Shown: positions 45,762 through 56,797 of the stretch, piece by piece
How the letters are laid out: each line of letters starts with the position of its first letter
Position numbering within the stretch: the stretch's first letter is position 1
Assembly: GCA_963827655.1 (NCBI GenBank)
Contig: CAWHCF010000044.1
Span: 128,001-192,000 of the forward strand
Source: an uncultured Acidobacteriota bacterium
GTDB taxonomy: Bacteria; Acidobacteriota; UBA6911
Reading direction: 5' to 3'
Length of the DNA: 64,000 bases
The notes under the pieces: model-generated
What the model saw: only the letters and a program-made list of their open reading frames with translations
What the model was told of the DNA's origin: nothing
The model's database searches: none
Translations under genes and position numbers: made by a program

Positions 45762-47655
45762 CTACTGCGTGGTGCGGAGGTTCCTGGGCGGCCCGGGTTT
45801 GCCAGCCTGCGATCCCTGTAGCGCTCCCAGGTCTGGCTTGGACCCCGAGAAATAGCCTGCTGTCATCCCCGGCAAGGCCGGGTAGGTTATTCCGGCGATG
45901 GTAAAAGGTCTCGAGACGTCAATGCCGGAGCTTCGGGCGTCGCTTCCTGCGGGCAGCGCAAAATCCGGCAAGGTTGTGTCATTCCACACTTTCCTGTTCC
46001 AGGCAATAATATTGTTGCTTCCATACCATTTGCGAAAACCCATCGACGCCCCACCCAGCCAGTTATAGTCAAAAAGACCCATGTTCCTCTTTTCTTGGAG
46101 GGTAGTCTCCGTGTTATATACACAATCAGCTGAAATGATATTGTTTACAATATACGTTTTCGGCATTCCATAACCCGGACTAAACTCGGCCATCAAGAAC
46201 GCATCCCGTCCACCGGCGACGCTGTTATGATAAAAGTAGATTTCTGCCTCCGAATCCCTGTTCATCCAGGCCCAGGCATTAAAGAAGATATGATCTGCGG
46301 TACCGGGAGGGTTGTAAAACCGATTTCGATAGATGTCTAAGCGACGATACCCTTCCTGGAGGTTGAAAAGACGCATGTTATACTTATTGTCATAAACTAG
46401 ATTGTCGTATATTACTGCGCTTGCCCGGTAGATCTCGAATCCTTGGCCTGAATGGTTGTGAATAGTGTTGTTGTAGATCTTGTTTCCGGAGGTCTCATCC
46501 CAGAGTCTAATTCCGACTATTGACTCAAACAAATGATTTGAATAGACCTCGTTGTTATTTGCCTGGTCCCATATCCGGATATTGTGATCGTCTTCCGTGG
46601 TGCCTCCGACGAGAAACTTGTTTACGTGATAGAGATGATACGTAATCCAGCCCGCATAAGTATCGTCCCCGACGCCCGGCTTGAAACTGCCTAACCCGTT
46701 CATCTTCATTTCATTGTTACGAATGTGATTCGAAGACGCGCCACCGTAGAGAAAAACTCTCGTATTTCCATTGGTGAGATAGTTCTCTTCAATAATGTTA
46801 TTCCTGGCTGAAGCTCCACGTATCAATACCGCGTTTCTGGCGGCGCGAATCCAGAAACCCTTTATCTTGATGTTGCTCTTATCATAAATGGCGACTGCTG
46901 CGCTCTCAGGAGCGGAATATTCAGTTCGCGGGCCCGGCGATGATCGTATGTTCTTGCTGCTAGGATTATCGCCATTGCGAAAGCGGATGTAAGTAACGCC
47001 GTTCCGATAACCGAAAAGCGCCTCCACTCCATCCCAGTAATTGATGTTAGGAGAACCCGAATAACGGACAACAGCGTTCGCAGGCCTGGCCAGGGCATCG
47101 AATCCCGTGCCCGTCGGCATTCTCCACCAGCTTTCCGTTCATGGAACTCGAATTGATCCGCCAGATCGTTTTATCATCGACGGTCATGGCATACGGCTCA
47201 TATCCAATGCTGGTGGTTTTGTATACTCCAGAACCTACCTCCGGGGCCGGAGCCCATCCAGTCACGGGATTACCTCCATCAATGATGGTCAGCCACTCTC
47301 CCTTGGCCCCTCGCTCCCCTTGGAACGTAATGGGCTGCCCTGCCGTACCATTCACATTGATTTGAACCCGCTCGTAGTATGTTCCCGCTTTAACCATAAC
47401 GGTGTCACCGGCAGCGGCGGCATTTGCAGCTTTCTGGACAGTACGCCAGGGCTGGGCCGATGTCCCCGGATTGTTGTCGGATCCAGAGGGCAAAACGTAG
47501 TAGGTCGCAGCAACAGCGCTTGAGGTAAAGCTCGCGGCGAGAACGACAGTTATCATGATCGACACCATCCAATCAAGCCGGGCCTGACCGGAAGCCGCTT
47601 TGACATATGGACTTCGCTGGAGTTGGACTCGAGCTTTAGGGGGATTCTTAGTCAT
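45762..47655 (-). CDS. Secreted right-handed parallel beta-helix protein (DUF1565/pectate-lyase-like N-terminus), paralogue 1; frameshift near 47115
   Basis: Signal peptide ending AVA-A, YYV.P.GSDNNPGT.AQPWRTVQKAAN...GDTVMVKAGTYYE, and Asn-ladder repeats (NNIIEEN, NHIRNN, NNEVYSN, NKIYNN). AGGAG RBS. Confidence 0.85.
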
Positions 47656-47679
47656 GTGCATTCTCCTTTGAAGCCGCGG

Positions 47680-47690
47680 AATATATCACA
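47680..47690 (-). promoter_or_regulatory. Putative extended -10 promoter element (TGTGATATATT) for beta-helix paralogue 1
   Basis: The same TGTGnTATA motif sits at a similar distance upstream of paralogues 2 and 3. Confidence 0.55.
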
Positions 47691-47812
47691 AAAGAACATG
47701 CTATGGGCAAGCGTTCTCTTTCGGTAACCGACGGATTGACCAATTCTTCGACAAGGGTTAAAGCGATGTGACCCAGTTTGCGCAATCCTATCCACCGATT
47801 AGGACTGACTCA

Positions 47813-48600
47813 CTCGATGTTGGTCAAATAAGGTGCTGAGCCGAGGCGCTGGATCAAGAAGTCTGGACGCTCGCGATGAAATCGAATAGACTCTGCCCAG
47901 CGGGAGATTCACCCAACAGCGCACCTGTCAGCTTGGCATCGTACCAAGGCGAGACTACTCCGCGAACGTAGGGTGGCCGTGTGATACCAGGAGCTGTTTT
48001 CGGGACGGCAATCTGGTCGCCTTGGCTCAAGTGTAGGGGGCTCAGTGATGAGCGCGAGACCAGGACCATGCTGAGACGGCGATCGGGCGGGCCTGACCAT
48101 TGGCGCTGGGTCTCCAGCCCGAGATGGCTCGCCTTCGTTAAAGGGTGGACATCCACCGCCCAACGCATAATCGGGCCGTCAGGATCAGTCCTGAACTGCT
48201 CTGCGGCCGGTACAAAGCGGTGATGCGTAATTGTCCTTGGGTCACACACGAGCATAAATCGCAGGTTTGGGGCCGCGCCTGCCTGGGGAGTTGGGGCCCG
48301 GCAGGCGACACAGTGCCCCCATCCCACGGCAGCCGCGGACTATGACGACTTGGCTTTCACACACGCCGGCCTCAACGACACCGTTTCAAGGCCGCTCTCG
48401 CCGAACAACACCGGACGGCGCCGTGGTGACCTGCCCTCGCACTTGGTTAATGATTTGTCGGACCCAGTCGACACTGGTTTTTGTACCGCCGCCCGGAACC
48501 CTCGTCCTGGGGGCCAAAACAGAGGAATAAGATCGCAGCGCCCTATTGCCGAGATTCTGGTCACGACCGCACCGGAACGTGTGGCGGTGTCTTGACGCTC
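47813..48600 (-). mobile_element. Decayed DDE transposase relic (IS701/IS4-like), copy A
   Basis: Minus-strand fragments KTSVDWVRQIINQVR, LVCDP, MRWAVDV and HLGLETQRQWS. Many indels. Homologous to 50451-51035. Right boundary approximate. Confidence 0.7.
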
Positions 48601-48700
48601 GAAGAGGTGCTTCATCCTCCCCGAACGGCAATATCGAACATTACGCCGAGGACTGGCCTCCCTCACGGACGAGCTCTGTAACTCGACGGACCGTCGCTTC

Positions 48701-50469
48701 ATGCTCAGAACAATATCTCGATTCGCTTTCCAACTCAGCAACGGCAACGTTTCTGTATTTGCTACGTTTATGGGCGTTGCCGTTTTGATCGTCATTCTAA
48801 GGTCGCTCGCCTCCTATGAGATACTCATCGACGATATGGGTGTACAGATAGAAGCAGGTTACCGGCTGGTATCAGGCTTCGGGCTCACACATAGTTCATT
48901 TGACCTTTGGGGATCATTGAGAGATCTCACTAAGCCTGTTCAGCGCAAATATCTGACAGCGTTTCCGCCATTTTTATCTCTCTATGTCGCAGGTGCTCTG
49001 TCCCTCGGCCTATCGCTCGTTACCTCCCTGAAGTTATTATTCAGTTTTGTTACGCTTGCTGGTTGGCTTGGATGGGCATGATTGGTAGTCTGATAATGAG
49101 CCGCCGACTTGACTTGAAGCATGTAAAAGCTCCTGCGCATATTCTAATTGCCTGCCTCCTACCCCTTCTTTTTACGCCGCCATGGCAAGGAACCGATATT
49201 ATTCTATGGGCGGGTACTCCATTTGTAATTCTCTTGCTGCTGTATTCACTGGAAGATGATTCGCAGTGGAGATATATCGCGGCGGCAGGATTGTTGTCCG
49301 GCTTTCTATACTCAGTGCGCTACGCCAGTGCCTATCTTGCCGTCGCGGCGTTCCTCATTATTGCGTAATTTCATCACCGGCAGATCAAGAACCTCGTCCG
49401 CGTATATGGCTCTTTCTGGCTGCATCAATGGTCTTTATTCTACCGACTGCGCTGTATGGAAAATATGCCAAGGCGCAAACCGCAGGAATCACAGAACATG
49501 TTCGTCTTGACTCAAGTCTCGCCCTAGACAATCTCAAAAACGTCATATACGCTCTGACCCACGGTCTCACGCCATATATATTTTGGATTCCGCAAAGCGT
49601 TCGTCTCACACTCTTCCGAGTTAATAACAACCCCTCATTGCAACTTGCTTGTGGCGTCTTAACCGTGCTCCGTACTGCTTCTCGCACCATTTTTCATTCT
49701 TCGCTATGCTGACAGAAAGCAAGATGAGAAGGGGGTTGCCAGACGACACCTTGCGGTAGCTCTTGGTCTGATTATACTGTCTTTATTATTGTTCTTGGCG
49801 CTTGCATCGGTTTTCATGGCAAAGGAAGCCTCCCAGATGGATACCAGTTTGTATTAGACTCGCGGTATTACATTGCTTCCGGCGGTGCCTCTGTCTTTAT
49901 TTTTTACTACCTTTGCACTCAGAACAACCGAGAAGAGGTGGTCGGTTGTGCCCAAGAGAATCTTTACCCTTATTATAATTGGGTTTATTGGTTACTGTGT
50001 TGCCTTGCCGACCTTGGCATTTGTGGCGCCTAGCAACAACATTTCGCATCTGATTAAACATTTCCTGCCGTCACGCGTTGCCGGTACGACACTCGATAGA
50101 GCGTACCCGAGTAATGAGCTGATTCGTCCGAAAAAGACAATACGGGTTGTCCAACAACTCAGCGCGGAGGAACCGCAAGCAATATTTTTTATGACTGCTT
50201 ATTACAATATACTCTTTGATAATTTCAACCCGCAGCTTCGATATTTCTGGACACGAGCCGCCAAAGTTGTATTGACCGGAGCATATGTTTCGAAAAGCAC
50301 TAAAGTCTATTTTGTACTGGGAGAATACGCGGCATCAGATCAGGACTTCTCAACCATCCTGGGCAAATCGGGTTTTCAGGAGTTCATGTCTATTCCTGAG
50401 GATGGAACAACAATTTTCGCTGCACAGTTGCCGGCGGGATTTTCTTTTGACTCCGCGCTGGCCAATTAA
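48701..50469 (+). pseudogene. Polytopic membrane protein, GT-C (ArnT/PMT)-like; several frameshifts plus an in-frame TAA at 49366-49368
   Basis: First-loop DD (ILIDDMGVQ), FPP..S, AAGLLSG..YS.RYA and many hydrophobic segments across ORFs 48701, 49063, 49266 and 49873. Visibly AT-rich. Could instead be an intact gene with sequence errors. Confidence 0.55.
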
Positions 50470-51035
50470 GATGTTCAGCGGGAGGCGCTGGATCACGAGA
50501 TCGAGACCCTCGGGACGAATTGCATAAACTCTGCTTCGAGAGTAGAGTTCACCAAATAGCGCGCGTGTCAGAGATGGCATCGTACCGATGCCAGACAGTC
50601 CGCGAACGTCGGGTAGCCGTGTGACATCAGGGCTGTACCGGAATCGGGCCGGTTCCTCGGGTCACGCACGAGCTCAAATGGCGGGTTTGCGGCTGCGCCT
50701 GCCTGGGGAGTCGGGTCACCGGCAGGCAATGGGGTGCCCGCATCCCACCGCAGCGGCGAGACTATGGCGACTTGGCTTTTCACACACGCCAGCACCAGCG
50801 ACACCGTCGCGAAGCCGCCGCCGAACAACAGCAGGCGGCGCCGTGGTGACCAGCAGCGCACCTGGTTAATCATTTGTCGGACCCAGTCGAAGATGGTTTG
50901 GTGCCGTCGCTGGGAACTCTTCTCCCGAGGCCAGCACCGTACCCTGAGGTACGGCAACGCCGGTCGTGCCCTCGGCGCAGGGACCAAGAGCATCATCGAG
51001 ACTCGCTTCAAGCCAAAGCAAAAGGAGGCCTTCAC
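50451..51035 (-). mobile_element. Decayed DDE transposase relic (IS701/IS4-like), copy B
   Basis: Minus-strand CFGLKRVSMMLLVP, RRHQTIFDWVRQMINQVRCW, GGFATVSLVLACVK, LRWDA, PTFADCLA.VR and LVIQRLPL. Confidence 0.75.
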
Positions 51036-51716
51036 GTGGGCAATAAGCACGTTGTCATCGTTATCCCGGCATACAATGAAGAACGGACCATCCTCGGGGT
51101 GATTCGCGGGTTAAAGCAACACGGATTCGAGAGGCTCATCGTGGTGGACGACGGGAGCACTGACCGAACCAGTGAACTAGCCTGTCAAGAGGGCGTCATT
51201 CTTCTACGCCACGTCCTTAACCGTGGCCTGGGAGGCGCGTTGGGGACAGGAATCAGCGCGGCTTTGCGTCTCGGCGCGGAGCGCATTGTGACTTTCGATG
51301 CCGACGGCCAGCATGATCCCGATGACATCCCACGGATGCTAGAACCCATTGAAAAAGGGGAAGCGGATGTGGTGATTGGAAGCCGGATGTTGGATCCGAC
51401 TGGCATGCCCTATTCGCGCCGATTGGCGAACTGGATCGCCAATGTTGCAACCTTATTTCTCTTCCGAGGTTGGACGACCGACTCCCAGTCGGGCCTGCGC
51501 GCTTTTTCTGGTCAGGCGGCGACCCGCATGCGGATCATGACCAGCGGCATGGAGGTCAGCTCGGAGATCATCGCCGAGACCGTAAAGAACTCTTTGAAAT
51601 GTAAGGAAGTACGGGTGAAAGCCATTTATACCGATTATTCCCTTTCCAAAGGTCAAAACTTCAAGCTCGGCGTGCAAACGCTGATAAAACTCATCTTGGC
51701 CAAACTACGGAGGTGA
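51036..51716 (+). CDS. GT2 polyprenyl-phosphate glycosyltransferase (DPM1/GacI/PpgS-like)
   Basis: VIPAYNEE, VVDDGSTD, NRGLGGAL.TG, TFDADGQH.P, DVVIGSR and DSQSGLRA. AAGGAGG RBS before the GTG at 51036. Confidence 0.9.
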   Translation: MGNKHVVIVIPAYNEERTILGVIRGLKQHGFERLIVVDDGSTDRTSELACQEGVILLRHVLNRGLGGALGTGISAALRLGAERIVTFDADGQHDPDDIPRMLEPIEKGEADVVIGSRMLDPTGMPYSRRLANWIANVATLFLFRGWTTDSQSGLRAFSGQAATRMRIMTSGMEVSSEIIAETVKNSLKCKEVRVKAIYTDYSLSKGQNFKLGVQTLIKLILAKLRR

Positions 51717-51720
51717 CGCT

Positions 51721-52080
51721 GTGAGACCCATCCAGTTTTTCCTGCTGGCCTTTGTCGTGGCCGCCTTGGCAAAAGCGATCTACTCCTACAAACAACGGGG
51801 CATTCGAACGCCAAGCTTCCTGTTTTGGACCGTGGTGTGGATGGGAACCGCTTCCATTATCATTTTCCCTGACGCCACATCGGTTCTGGCCCGTCTTCTT
51901 GGGATCGGTCGAGGCGCCGATCTGATCATCTACGCTAGCTTGGTCGCTAGCTTTTATCTGATCTTCCGGATTCATCTGATGCTTGCGCGCCTTGAGCAAG
52001 AGATTACCGAACTGGTCAGGGCTATTGCACTAGAGCGACTGACGTCGCAGGGTCATTCTACCGCAGGGGAGGGGGACTAA
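51721..52080 (+). CDS. DUF2304-family small membrane protein (GacJ/Rv3632-like)
   Basis: Three hydrophobic segments, FP, LARLLGIGRGADL and IT.LVR.IAL. GGAGG RBS. Directly follows the GT2 gene. Confidence 0.85.
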   Translation: MRPIQFFLLAFVVAALAKAIYSYKQRGIRTPSFLFWTVVWMGTASIIIFPDATSVLARLLGIGRGADLIIYASLVASFYLIFRIHLMLARLEQEITELVRAIALERLTSQGHSTAGEGD

Positions 52081-52397
52081 CGATCGGTCACAGAAGGTTC
52101 GTCGTGCACAGATGGCAAAAAGGGGCGAGTAGCGGGCATCTACACCATCCCGTCGCGTGACAGTCCAGGGCCAGCATGACTGAACTCCGCGCCACAGTCT
52201 GTAGGGAAACGGTCTTGCGCCGTTCAAGCCGAAAATGATCCTTTGAGGGCGAGCGGGCCCTTCTATCCCGCTGTGTAACTGACAACGCCAAAGGCGATGC
52301 CTGGGAGTGTACGGAGTCCCGTTGCTGTCACGCAGTGCAGGTTGATGACAATGATTGCTTTGTACGCACTTTGCACACGCAAGCGGGCAGAACGATC

Positions 52398-53885
52398 GTG
52401 AGGCATACGGTGGGCGGAGTGTTGGTACTCTTTGGTCTGATAAGTATTCTACTCCTGATTCAACAGATCTCTTATCTGTTCCTGCTCGATGAGGTGGGTT
52501 ACGGGGACAGCTACATTCTGTATGACGTCCTGAGCTTCCAGAAGACCGGTGTCATCTATCGGGACCTCTCGCAGGAACCGTATCTGCCGGCACAGTACAG
52601 CCCGATGACGTACCTGACCCTTGCTCTTCCCGGCCGGACTACCACTCCGGAGAACCCATTTCTAGGACCGCGCCTGGTGGTGCTGACGGCGTTTCTGCTT
52701 TGCATCGCAATCGTAATCTCTACCGTCCGGACGCTCATTCCAGCGCGGCTTGCGTGGATCTGGGGCGCCCTATTGGCGTGCGCTGTAAGCAGCATGTGGG
52801 AGTGGGTTCTCCAGATCCGCGGCGATTTTCCGGGAATTTGTTTCAGTTTGCTAGCAATTCGTCTGTTGCTATCACGGTCCCGGTGGGCGGTGGCTCTCGC
52901 TGGAATCTCCGCCGGCTTGGCAACCCAGTTCAAGATAACGTTTGTTGCGGCGCTTGCAACCGGAGTCTTGTGGCTGCTGATCCAGCGGAGGTGGACGGAC
53001 CTGGCTCGCTTTGCGGTCCTGGGCACAATGTGTTCCGCGGGTCTGTATCTTCTCTACTCAGTCCGCGAACCCCGCATGCTCTCGCAGATGCTGGCGCTGA
53101 GCCCTGGCGTTCTGGACGTTCACGGCGGGCTGCGATTGATATATCAGGCCGCTAACGAACCGGTCGTCCTGCTATCCCTGCTGGGCTTGCCACGGGTTAA
53201 GTTCGACAAGTGGCCGCGCTGGGCTCTGGTACTCGTTTTTGCCACGACGTCCTTCGTATTTGCCGGGATCGCCGATCTTCAAGCGGGTGGCAATATCAAT
53301 TACTTTTTCGAAGGGCTTTTCGCCCTGATTCCGGTAGCGGTTCTTGGCATCCTACGCATGACGGCCCTGGCACGTCAACGGGTGACGGTGGGGCTCTTCG
53401 TGGCAGCTCTATTTGCCGTTCACTTCCTGGTGCCCAGAGCGAAGGAACTCCGCAATCAGCTCGTGAACCCTCCTGTCTCGGTGGAGTCCCGAAATGAAGC
53501 ATTTCGCATGATCGAGCGCGCCCTGAGCGGACAGCGGATCCTCTCGACTGTTCCGCGCCTCGCACTCATTGACCCGAGACCCCCACTAACGGAACCGTAC
53601 CTCCTCGCATACCAGCAGCGCCTCGGAAAGTTTGATCCACAACCTATTCTAGAAAGGATCCGACAAAGCGAATTCGACGTTGTTATCACCTCCGCACGCC
53701 CCCAAAGTTGGCGGGGAATAGATCTCATTGGACCCGACCTTCGCAATGCGATAGTGGCCTCGTACAGACCTCAATGCATCCTGCTCGAATCCCTAGTTCA
53801 TTTGCCCCGCAACCCACACTCTGTCGGCAGCCCTTTGGCCCTGGACCTGGCAAACGTCGGCTGTGCGCCAATTCCACGGGACTAA
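52398..53885 (+). CDS. Polytopic membrane protein, GT-C-like glycosyltransferase
   Basis: YGD and QYSP in the first loop, IRGD, AGLATQFK, many TM segments, GGNINYFFE and a soluble C-terminal domain. Start uncertain. Confidence 0.65.
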   Translation: MRHTVGGVLVLFGLISILLLIQQISYLFLLDEVGYGDSYILYDVLSFQKTGVIYRDLSQEPYLPAQYSPMTYLTLALPGRTTTPENPFLGPRLVVLTAFLLCIAIVISTVRTLIPARLAWIWGALLACAVSSMWEWVLQIRGDFPGICFSLLAIRLLLSRSRWAVALAGISAGLATQFKITFVAALATGVLWLLIQRRWTDLARFAVLGTMCSAGLYLLYSVREPRMLSQMLALSPGVLDVHGGLRLIYQAANEPVVLLSLLGLPRVKFDKWPRWALVLVFATTSFVFAGIADLQAGGNINYFFEGLFALIPVAVLGILRMTALARQRVTVGLFVAALFAVHFLVPRAKELRNQLVNPPVSVESRNEAFRMIERALSGQRILSTVPRLALIDPRPPLTEPYLLAYQQRLGKFDPQPILERIRQSEFDVVITSARPQSWRGIDLIGPDLRNAIVASYRPQCILLESLVHLPRNPHSVGSPLALDLANVGCAPIPRD

Positions 53886-54056
53886 GAGGCTCGGGCAGAA
53901 ACAACTTCACATTCTGGCGTCAGAGTAAGTGGGCTATTAGCTGCGCAGTTAGGCACCCTCCGGACCGCGCCCCTTCGGACTGGCAAAAACTCGCTCCGGG
54001 GGTTTTTCGTCGCAAACTCATAGGGGTCCAGGAAATGGGCCGGCGCGACTCTCCCC

Positions 54057-55775
54057 CTATCTCGACAAGATATACGCATAATAGTCTGTATTCCCGATTC
54101 TTTCCCAGCCACTTGTAGACGCGGAATCAGGTACCTTTGTCGTCACAATGGCTTTTGCCCCAGCTCCCGCAAACGTTTTGATAACTTCGGACTTAACCAT
54201 CTGGTCCGCCGCCCAAAAGTCATCCACGTCTCCCTCAGGTATCTCGGCAACGATTCGAACCCGCGCCAATCGGGCCCAGTAGGGGTCAAAGGGGTCTCCC
54301 ATAAATGCCACACTATCTCCCGGTTGAACTCCCATTCGGTTCAAGCCGTCAGCAGCCTGCCATTGTACATGAGCATCTTGCTTCCTCACCAGGTCGCGAG
54401 CCGCAGCGTAAGCCTTTTCCGCCGTCGATGTGCTGATTAGAATGATCATCACCAATAGCAAGGCAATGCTCACACACGCCGTAAGTCTTCTCGATTCGCG
54501 GGAGTCCGGCAGGCGCAGACCGGAAAAGACTCCCATCCACAAGAGAACAACAAATGGGCCAATGTATCTCAGTTCTACGTGCACCAGTGAATACATACCC
54601 AATGCTGAAATTGCCGGGATAAGCAGACTCCAGTTTTCCCATATATCCTTCACGCACAACCATCGTCTGCCACCCATAAAACAAAGGATCAGAAAGCCAA
54701 CAATCAATCCACTCTGGAGATGGTAGAATACATTGAAGTAAACTTTGGCGTTCGTTACCAAGGCTCTTATCTGCTCGCCCAGGTCAAAGTGGAGTACAAC
54801 ACCTTCATACCAATAAGATGGATCGTACCATGCCGGATATGTGCCCCCAATCGGGCTTCCGAATTCGTAGATCTCAGGCATATCGAAAAGCCTTCTCGTC
54901 GGATGGCTGGGTCTGCCGCTGCCAGACGGTTCACCTTGCCAATGAACGAACCTCGTGACTCCATTGACATGCCATGCGTAATTCAATTCTGCGCTGGCGC
55001 CGAACGTCAAGCGATTTTTGGCTCTGGAAAGTGCAGCGATAAATGGGCCTCCTAACAAGAGAAATGTGGCCAATGCAACTAACACACGCGGCACTGCTCT
55101 TCTGAGCTTGGCGACCGAGAACATGCTGACCCCTAGAAAGACGAACGCCAGCGGCAGCATAGCCGCCTTCGCCAGATAACTGAATCCAAGAATCACACCC
55201 AGAAGGACAAATGTTAGCCAACTCGCGGATCCCGTGCGGATACGTAGTGTGATGCCAGCAGCCAAATAAACAAATGCCGCAACACACATGTCAGGGGTTA
55301 CTACCCAGATGGTTATCAAATCCAGCGAAGACCAAATGAACAGGGTATACCCGAGCCCCATCAAAGCCCATTCGGACAAACTCAGGCATCCATTTTGGGA
55401 CAACCCGGTCATCCGCCTCCTATGGTAATGAATTAGTCCGCGCAAGAAGAAATGAAAACAGCCTAACGCGCACAAGTAAATGGCGAAGTTTACAAGATGA
55501 ACGATGGAGAATTCCCAATATGGCAAGGGTTTTAGGACAAGAATGGCCAGACCTAATAGCCAGGAATAGAATGGACTCCAATAGCTATTAATGGCCATGT
55601 TCCAGTCACCCCGCAAATACGCATCCCCCATATCGAGATACATGATCCCATCCGGATTCATGGTATGACGGTCAGTCCAGGCATGAAGAAGACCCAGCAT
55701 CACAGCTACAAGCCATAAGATTAAGATAACTATCGACGGCAAGGGTCGATAGCTTCTATCAAGTGGATGCCACAC
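54057..55775 (-). CDS. Polytopic membrane protein, GT-C (ArnT/PMT)-like glycosyltransferase
   Basis: MNPDGIMYLD first-loop motif, YWSPFYSWL, TPD, LGFSYLAK and many TM segments. Intact ORF; start uncertain. Confidence 0.72.
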   Translation of the reverse strand: MWHPLDRSYRPLPSIVILILWLVAVMLGLLHAWTDRHTMNPDGIMYLDMGDAYLRGDWNMAINSYWSPFYSWLLGLAILVLKPLPYWEFSIVHLVNFAIYLCALGCFHFFLRGLIHYHRRRMTGLSQNGCLSLSEWALMGLGYTLFIWSSLDLITIWVVTPDMCVAAFVYLAAGITLRIRTGSASWLTFVLLGVILGFSYLAKAAMLPLAFVFLGVSMFSVAKLRRAVPRVLVALATFLLLGGPFIAALSRAKNRLTFGASAELNYAWHVNGVTRFVHWQGEPSGSGRPSHPTRRLFDMPEIYEFGSPIGGTYPAWYDPSYWYEGVVLHFDLGEQIRALVTNAKVYFNVFYHLQSGLIVGFLILCFMGGRRWLCVKDIWENWSLLIPAISALGMYSLVHVELRYIGPFVVLLWMGVFSGLRLPDSRESRRLTACVSIALLLVMIILISTSTAEKAYAAARDLVRKQDAHVQWQAADGLNRMGVQPGDSVAFMGDPFDPYWARLARVRIVAEIPEGDVDDFWAADQMVKSEVIKTFAGAGAKAIVTTKVPDSASTSGWERIGNTDYYAYILSR

Positions 55776-56116
55776 AGTCGTTTTCTCTCGGCTGGCTAGA
55801 ATCTAAGCTGTTAGGCGAATATTTCCAGATGGATCGTTTGAGAAGAGCCCTGAAAAACGTAGGCGCTGAGTTTCAATCCAATATCTTGTTCAAGTCTAAT
55901 TACCTATTCTTCTGTTTTTACGATGGCGCCGACCACGACAGAAAAGCGTGAGAAAGACTTAGCTCCGGCTTCAATTAAAGCACCAAACATCTTGTCAGAC
56001 CGTGCCAGCTCGAGCACCAGGTCCGAAATTTCTCTAGCAGCCCTTCATTTAAAGGGTCGCAGGCGCCCAGCGGTCACCATTCTGGAAAACATGGTGATCG
56101 CATCATCAAATGAACT

Positions 56117-56797
56117 CTAGTTCTTTTTCACACCCACCGCCAACGCCGAAATTCCGATGCCGGGTAAAGAAAACGGAATGGCACGGAACAGAGGTAGCCA
56201 AGCCACCGGCATGCGGTTCGGAAAAACGCAGCCTACGGTCGCGGTATGCAGGGTTTGCAAGCCCGCGGAACTTGCCAGTTCCTGCACTGCGCGCCTTGAG
56301 AATTGCAACGTTCCCCGTTCCGAGGGTACCAGAAGACCGAACAAAAACTGTGCGGGATTATATCGGTTCGGTTCAAACAAAATCACATAACGTCGACTGA
56401 CGCGTACAAACTCCTGAACTGCAGAAAGCGGGCGTTCGATATGGTGCAGAATTTCCCATGCGAACACGCAGTCAAACCTGTTGTCCTCAAAAGGCAACCG
56501 CTCCACGTGGGCTTGAACAAACTGCGCGGCGTCCTTGGGACAACGCGAAAGCATCGCAAAGGATCCGTCGATGCCCACACGCAAACGCGTGCGATCCTTG
56601 ACATAATTCATGGTGATGCCATAGCCGCACCCAACATCGAGAAAATCTTGGACCTTGCTCCAATCCACGAAGCGACTTAGATACTGCAAGCGCTGGCGTA
56701 CAAAAAACTCCATGACCGGATGGTCCCAAGGACGACCATGGGCGTGAACCTCCCAATACTGTTTTTGGTAAGTGTCACGGACGTTTTGATGACTCAT
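56117..56797 (-). CDS. Class I SAM methyltransferase (Methyltransf_11-like)
   Basis: FLDVGCGYG, LPFEDNRFD, ILHHIE.P, EFVRV and EPN. GAGG RBS. Confidence 0.88.
   Translation of the reverse strand: MSHQNVRDTYQKQYWEVHAHGRPWDHPVMEFFVRQRLQYLSRFVDWSKVQDFLDVGCGYGITMNYVKDRTRLRVGIDGSFAMLSRCPKDAAQFVQAHVERLPFEDNRFDCVFAWEILHHIERPLSAVQEFVRVSRRYVILFEPNRYNPAQFLFGLLVPSERGTLQFSRRAVQELASSAGLQTLHTATVGCVFPNRMPVAWLPLFRAIPFSLPGIGISALAVGVKKN

Noticed and set aside
53985-54007. Possible bidirectional terminator between convergent membrane-protein genes
   Set aside because: The stem is mostly A/T with a weak GC core, too weak to call.
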